DNA of 64,000 nucleotides from Histomonas meleagridis 2922-C6/04-290x (Eukaryota; Protista; Parabasalia): NCBI GenBank assembly GCA_020184695.1, contig JAANOX010000144.1, positions 124,001 to 188,000 of the forward strand, read 5' to 3'. Shown piece by piece: positions 62,363 to 64,000 of this stretch (position 1 is its first letter; each line of letters starts with the position of its first letter). The notes under the pieces were generated by a model. It saw only the letters and a program-made list of their open reading frames with translations, ran no database searches and was not told where the DNA came from. The position numbers and the translations under genes were made by a program.

Positions 62363-63733
62363 TTATTGATCAAATGGTGTCCATGTTTTGAGCTTGTTCG
62401 CACTGCTTTGAGGATTTGTGTTTACATCATTTGGATATTCATAAAATAAAACCGAAGTTGTAACTTTTGTTGAGTTTAAATTTCCTGCATACGCATTGTT
62501 TGATGAAGATGCGTAATATCTCACGTTCATTTCTTCGATGTAGTACTGTGGATTCGATTTTAAACCAGCAGCTTTGTAAAAGACAGAAATTTCCTGAACC
62601 AAATGCGAAACCAAAGAGTATTGTAATGTATCTGTAATGTTTGGAGAAATGTTAATGGCTTTTGCTATGTTCTGATTTGGAATCTGATTAAATTCTGTAT
62701 ATGTAAAATAGAAAGGTGAATCTGTATTTGAAAAATCCATTCCTTGTGCTGCAATTGTTGGAACATTACAAGAAAATTCTTTGCTTAAACCAAATTGAAG
62801 TGGTACATTTCCTTGTTCACATTCACCATTCGAATTTGGCCCTGTCAAAACAATACCAGAAGACCCTGTGACAACAGTGTCACCAAACTTATATCCAGCA
62901 TTAGTATTAGGAACAGCATTCGGATTTGTAGCCCATTGAATGCTGATTTGTATCACATCACCTTCAGAAACCGTTCCGATAGAACTCGAATCAACAAAAG
63001 CGAAGTTGCCGGCTCCGGATTGGGTCGTGTAGCTTGCATTACTCCATGATATGGATGTCCTTGCATCAGTGCATGATCCACTAAAGCTGCTACCACCCAA
63101 AACATTCAAACAATAATCTTCTGTCATACCTGTTGGAACAATACAGCTTTCAGAAACACTTTCAAGATACCTAACTGCTTGAGACTCACAATATCCATCA
63201 GATCCACGACGAATAACATTTTGATTGAGATTATTGTAAGGTGATACTGTGGTTATGGTTTGTGTGGTAAATATATCACGAAATGAATATTGAACATTTT
63301 CTGAATTTACTGCTCGTGGGTCGCTAATAGAATTTGGTGTAAGTACATAGTAATCACCTGGAGAAGGATTATTATTTTTATGAACACATAGCATTGTGCG
63401 AACAAGCCAACGTGCTAGTGATCCTTCTTGATCGTCATCTAGTTCGGAGCATAATTGAATTGAGTTTGTTGATATTTGAGGTAAACATTTTTCAAAATTA
63501 TTTCGAATATTTTGTGGACAATCTGGATCACAACAACAATTAGGATCGCATTGATTAGTAACATCACATGAGCATTCTCCGTAATCTGTATTTTCTGTTA
63601 TTATAAATGTTGTACTATCTGGATCTCTATCAGAAGTTGTCTGATAGTATAGAGACTCATCTGTTAGATTCATATCTTTTTCTATTGTAACAAGTCCAAG
63701 AGAAAAAGAATAAGGAAGGAAAAAAACTAACAT
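62363..63733 (-). CDS. Tectonic-family (TCTN, DUF1619) ciliary transition-zone protein (456 aa)
   Basis: Signal peptide; CSCDVTNQCDPNCCCDPDC; VPLQFGLSKEFSC. Confidence 0.75.
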   Translation of the reverse strand: MLVFFLPYSFSLGLVTIEKDMNLTDESLYYQTTSDRDPDSTTFIITENTDYGECSCDVTNQCDPNCCCDPDCPQNIRNNFEKCLPQISTNSIQLCSELDDDQEGSLARWLVRTMLCVHKNNNPSPGDYYVLTPNSISDPRAVNSENVQYSFRDIFTTQTITTVSPYNNLNQNVIRRGSDGYCESQAVRYLESVSESCIVPTGMTEDYCLNVLGGSSFSGSCTDARTSISWSNASYTTQSGAGNFAFVDSSSIGTVSEGDVIQISIQWATNPNAVPNTNAGYKFGDTVVTGSSGIVLTGPNSNGECEQGNVPLQFGLSKEFSCNVPTIAAQGMDFSNTDSPFYFTYTEFNQIPNQNIAKAINISPNITDTLQYSLVSHLVQEISVFYKAAGLKSNPQYYIEEMNVRYYASSSNNAYAGNLNSTKVTTSVLFYEYPNDVNTNPQSSANKLKTWTPFDQ

Positions 63734-64000
63734 CTGTTTTAAACGTTAATTCTTTTGTGTAAAAATAATAATGACTTTTTAAAATCTATCAATTATTTTT
63801 GCCTATTAAAAAGAAAAACTGGTAACAACTTTCAAGTAAAACATGAAAAATTACTTAAAACATTGAAATGTTGAACTATTAAATTTTGATATTTTTATAA
63901 GAACACGGAATGGAAATTTACATAATTTGTAAAAATATAAATTTTTGAATATCGATAATACAGATAATTTTTTCTTGTTTTTAGTAATTATAAAACATAA

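Overview
Eukaryotic, very AT-rich, gene-dense and almost intron-free DNA from a parabasalid protist (Tritrichomonas/Trichomonas/Histomonas-like). This is inferred from the trichomonad-type histone H3/H4 sequences, a GTATGT...ACTAACTCATAG intron, and BspA-LRR and DUF3447/ankyrin family members. About 35 protein genes are present. Recognisable ones are CFAP58-like, two Vps68/TMEM50 paralogues, IFT140, a CDC123-like ATP-grasp protein, a degenerate Rab, APC1, RpiB, AK7, cyclophilin, guanylate kinase, PAP2, dynein LIC, CDC14, CNOT10, RPL7, a USP-like giant protein, RGS, subtilisin, Sec6, a dynamin-related protein, NCKAP1/Hem, NTPDase, H4/H3 and tectonic. A decaying accessory block lies at about 15.5-22.7 kb. 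The strongest candidate for a new system is 30172..31026 (-): a secreted polyprotein of seven amphipathic helical peptides, each flanked by Asn and separated by acidic spacers, resembling a legumain-processed antimicrobial/lytic peptide precursor. The second is a set of T-rich, frame-breaking inserts at the same beta-hairpin position of ankyrin repeats in two unrelated loci, which are candidate non-canonical introns. A >1100-aa secreted-type ORF at 1..3308 (-) and the intron-split CDC14 were missed or fragmented by the ORF track. No rRNA, tRNA, CRISPR or recognisable transposon was found. Family calls are from motif recognition by eye; no database search was run.
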